Part shown: one piece after another, positions 43,555 through 46,698 of the stretch | Numbering within the stretch: the first letter of the stretch is position 1 | Layout of the letters: the number at the start of each line of letters is the position of its first letter | Origin: Chrysochromulina tobinii | Lineage: Eukaryota | Reading direction: 5' to 3' | DNA: 46,698 nucleotides | Assembly (NCBI GenBank): GCA_001275005.1 | Contig: JWZX01003327.1 | Coordinates: 1 to 46,698, forward strand | Notes under the pieces: generated by a model | The model's input: the letters and a program-made list of their open reading frames with translations, nothing else | What the model was told of the DNA's origin: nothing | Database searches by the model: none | Made by a program: the position numbers and the translations under genes

Positions 43555-43894
43555 CGCCCAGTTCCCCTCTGAGAGTCTCCCGGCAAGCTACGGCCCCGGA
43601 GCAGGGATGCTGGTGCGTGCTATGCTTGCGCCCCTTCGTGCCCCTCGGGGGCTCCGTTCTGGCTTCCACAGGCGCCGCTTCACCCAGTGTCCCTCTGAGA
43701 GCCTCCCGGTCAGCTACGGCCCCGGAGCAGGGACTCTGGTGCGACCCTCGCCTGTGTTGTGTCTGCATCTCCCCCGTTGGCTTCCACAGGCGCCGCTTCG
43801 CCCAGTGTCCCTCTGAGAGCCTCCCGGTCAGCTACGGCCCCGGAGCAGGGACTCTGGTGCGACCCTCGCCTGTGTTGCGTCTGCGTCTCCCCCG
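43555..43894 (+). repeat. 118-bp tandem repeat (two near-identical units plus one diverged partial), each with a hairpin
   Basis: Units start at 43661 and 43779, with a partial copy at about 43556-43617. Confidence 0.9.
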
Positions 43895-44292
43895 AGGGGG
43901 ATGGTATGGTGTGAGCATGTGCCCCGCTTCTTCACCCACACGCACCGTCGGCTCATTCGTGGGCTCGCCTCGCCGTCTACTTAATGATCGTAATCTTTCT
44001 CCTCTTCATCCGCTTCCTCCCCTGGGGCTCATTCTCTTCTACTGGCGCTGGGACTCTTCGCCGAGTGTCACTTGATGACGGACCCGCTGCTCCCGAGACA
44101 CATCTTTGCCTAGGCCGATGATCCTCCTAGCGTGCTGGGGGGGGAGACTGAGGATGGCATTTGTTGAGTTCGGCATAGCATGATTCGTCGCCTTAGCTAG
44201 AGACCGGTATGGTTTCTTTCTAACAAGTCGATTACCCGTGTGTATAAGCTCGACTCGAAGCTATTTGGGGTTCCCGCCGCGTTCACAGTCGG

Positions 44293-44937
44293 GCCGCGTA
44301 CATCGGCACCGGTCGGTACTCCATCGACGCGTGGCTGCTGCCAAACTTCCACCGGCTCCTCGTGCAGCTCACCCAAGGCGGGTGGGAGCGCGACGACGCC
44401 GTCCTCATCGTGGCGGTCTTCATGGTCATGAGGATGCCGCTCGCCTGGGCCCTGCGCGACGTCATTGGTCCATTGTGGTGCGCCGCGACTGCGTACGCTG
44501 TCGCCGAGGTCCTCTCCCGGCGGGCGCGCACCCTGTGGACCTCCGACGCGACGGCCGTCGCGCCTGCGTTCAAGCTACTGTCGGAGCTCGTGCGAGTCAA
44601 TCCCACTTGGGCGGGCCTGACTGCGCCGGGCGTCGCCGCCGGCCTCTCCTTCGTCGTGCGCGACGTCATCGAGACGAACTACGGAGGCAAGTACGGGGTG
44701 CGTGTGTCGTACGAGGAGGGCGACATGCGTCTGTTCCAAAACAAATCGTCCGCCTTGCGCACTGCCAGAGTCCCCGAGGGTCATGATGAACAATCACTTT
44801 TCGACGCCGCCGGCGTCGAATCGCTTTTCCCGTCAACGTACGCGCCGCCGACTGGTGGCGGACCCTTCCTGTCTCTGCAGGAGGCCGGGGCGGCGCAAGA
44901 TGAATTGTCCACGCGCTTCTCGTACATATCTGTGTGA
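44293..44937 (+). pseudogene. Start-less coding fragment of an unknown protein
   Basis: Open frame with host-like codon usage (AAYIGTGRYSIDAWLLPNFHRLLVQ...FSYISV*). There is no ATG between the upstream in-frame TAA (44245) and the internal Met at about 44422. Confidence 0.4.
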
Positions 44938-45027
44938 TCTGACTACGGTGGTGTCGCAAAGAGATTGCTCATCATCACCCTCGGGGACTCTGGCAGTGCG
45001 CAGGGTGGACGATTCGTTGTGGATCAG
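44731..45027. repeat. 87-bp inverted repeat (arms 44731-44817 and 44941-45027)
   Basis: Ungapped alignment by eye with 13 mismatches and a 26-bp perfect core. Confidence 0.9.
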
Positions 45028-45526
45028 GCTTCGAGCCCGCGATCCAAGAAGTGCGGTGAACGCTGGATCAGCTCTGCCTCTGACTCGGGCCCGGACGGCC
45101 CTCGGGAGCTCTGCCCGCACCACAGAGCACAGGTGCCTGCACGCATGCCTGACAGAACGGTACGAGAAGCGCATGCATCGAGCCATCGACCATCGTGCCC
45201 TTTCTACATACGATACATGTACATCGCTTGATCTGTACGGACCAGCGATCCAGCGTTCTGGACACTCGAACTGGACACATCCGATCGGTCAGTCGTTAAC
45301 GTCAGAGAGATCATTTCATCAACGGCATCGGAATCCTAACGTATGGCGCGTAATCACGGTTCGTCGATTCCTGCGTTTACGGATTACGCGGACGGGCGGG
45401 GGGTGCAAGAACGCAGAAACCTGTGTATACGCGAGGGGGTGCATATATACACACCCGCTGTGTTCCTGTGTATACGCACCTACCGCTCGCGTAAACGCAC
45501 CCGCACCATGACCATGACCATGACCC

Positions 45527-46507
45527 GCCCTCGGTCGTCGCGAAGACTTCGACGTCGCTCGCGGCTTCCGACATGAAGTCGTCGACGGCGTAATCGGCGA
45601 GCGCGGCGAACTCCTCCGGAGCGTCGGCGGTCGCCGTGCAGCCACAGCAGCACGGCGTGCAGGTTGCAGTGCCGGCAGTGCCGGCAGTGCCAATTGCATG
45701 CCTTATCGAATGAAAACTCTTCTTTTCTGTTTTCGCGGCGTTCCCAAATTCTCGAGACGTCGCATCCCGACAGCCATCCACACCCTCGTCTCGATGAGCT
45801 CCGCTGCCGCGGCCGCCAGCGGCTGCTTGCCCTTGGCCTGCTTCTGGCGCAGGAGCATCAGACGAGGCCAACATCGTTCTGACGTCACCGAGAAGTTTGG
45901 CAGTGCATGCATGCATGCATGTTGACTTTCTTGGGGACGACAATTACCTAACACATACCTAACACATAAAACCACACGCTGGTCATCCAGGGTGCACCCT
46001 GAGGGTCTGTGGAGGTCTCGCAACGTGTGGGAACCGATCGACGTGCTTCGCGCGCGCCTGCCGACAGGTGGTGAAACCATACAACCTGCTAGGGGTGCGT
46101 TCACTAAGTGGGAGCCTGGGATGCCGGTCGCGCTAGGCGACCAACTCCGCCGGCCTCGACTAAAGTGAGCGTCCTCCCAAAGGCATCCCTATAATAGGTG
46201 GCGCCCCTCCCTGAATATCTACTTAGATACCTATTTCTTTGTCTCTAGCCCTTGTTCCGGTCGCGCTATGTCTCGGGGACAATTGCATGCCTTACCGAAT
46301 GAAAACTCTCCTTTTTTGTTTTCGCAGCGCTCCCAAATTCTCAAGCCCCGTCGCGCCCCTACAGCCATCCACACCCTCGGCTCGATGAGCTCCGCTGCCG
46401 CGGCCGCCGACGCTCCGGAGGAGTTCGCCGCGCTCGCCGAGTACGCCGTCGACGACTTCATGTCGGAAGCCGCGAGCGACGTCGAAGTCTTCGCGACGAC
46501 CGAGGGC
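45527..46507. repeat. Scrambled duplication: 45527-45630 is an inverted copy of 46404-46507, and 45691-45817 is a direct copy of 46280-46408
   Basis: Direct sequence comparison. Confidence 0.9.
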
Positions 46508-46698
46508 CACGGCGACGTGAGCGCCGAGGAGATCCGCTTCCTGGCGAGAGACCCACACGCGCACGACCGCGTCATGAGCCGCGTTGCTCGGCTGCCCCGT
46601 CGGGCGCTCTGGCGCCTCCTGCGTGCCGCCGGCTTCGATGAGCCCGTCTGGCAGACGAGGATCCGCCGGGCCACCGCTGCCTCCCTTGCCGAGGAAGT
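46385..46698 (+). CDS. Hypothetical protein, 3'-partial (MSSAAAAADAPEEFAALAEYAVDDF...)
   Basis: ATG at 46385, open to the window end, host-like codon usage, preceded by an AT-richer promoter-like stretch. Confidence 0.5.
   Translation, partial: MSSAAAAADAPEEFAALAEYAVDDFMSEAASDVEVFATTEGHGDVSAEEIRFLARDPHAHDRVMSRVARLPRRALWRLLRAAGFDEPVWQTRIRRATAASLAEE

Larger units (their letters stand above)
41709..44294 (+). mobile_element. Putative 5'-truncated mobile element: RNase H + J-like + family-A-like polymerase ORF with structured repetitive 3' region
   Basis: No in-frame ATG before the first RNase H catalytic Asp. It begins about 90 bp from the protease ATG, has visibly more T-ending codons than the neighbouring protease gene, and abuts a start-less gene fragment at its 3' end. 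Boundaries are approximate; no TSD, TIR or poly(A) was seen. Confidence 0.55.

Noticed and set aside
43690..43740. Hammerhead ribozyme in the 118-bp repeats (CTGAGAG)
   Set aside because: It lacks a proper CUGANGA core and the downstream GAAA.

Overview
GC-rich, gene-dense eukaryotic nuclear DNA with GT-AG introns. The mix of glutamine synthetase III, bipartite signal/transit peptides, an AP2 protein and CATCAG/CAATCAG-repeat introns suggests a haptophyte alga (inference, not proven). About 20 protein-coding genes can be modelled by eye, including an IQ-motif protein, a ZnF-SIM-RING ligase, lipoate ligase, GSIII, a NIPA transporter, a sulfotransferase, an N6-methyltransferase, a GSK3 kinase, NDUFA1, a rhodanese-DSP-FHA phosphatase, an L51/S25/CI-B8 protein, G-alpha, ShK-GT64, a two-RRM protein, hyi (in-frame stop), rubredoxin, a 7-exon ABCD transporter, an AP2 protein and a cathepsin D-like protease. 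Two things stand out. (1) An apparently 5'-truncated mobile element at about 41709-44294 encodes RNase H, a degenerate J-like domain and a family-A-like (TV-Pol-type) polymerase, followed by tandem hairpin-forming repeats. (2) A set of introns in unrelated genes carry copies of their own flanking exon or splice-junction sequence, three share a 19-nt acceptor cassette, and two have internal AG|GT sites, suggesting an active intron-generating or remodelling process. No rRNA, tRNA or CRISPR array was recognised. All domain calls come from motif reading, without database searches.
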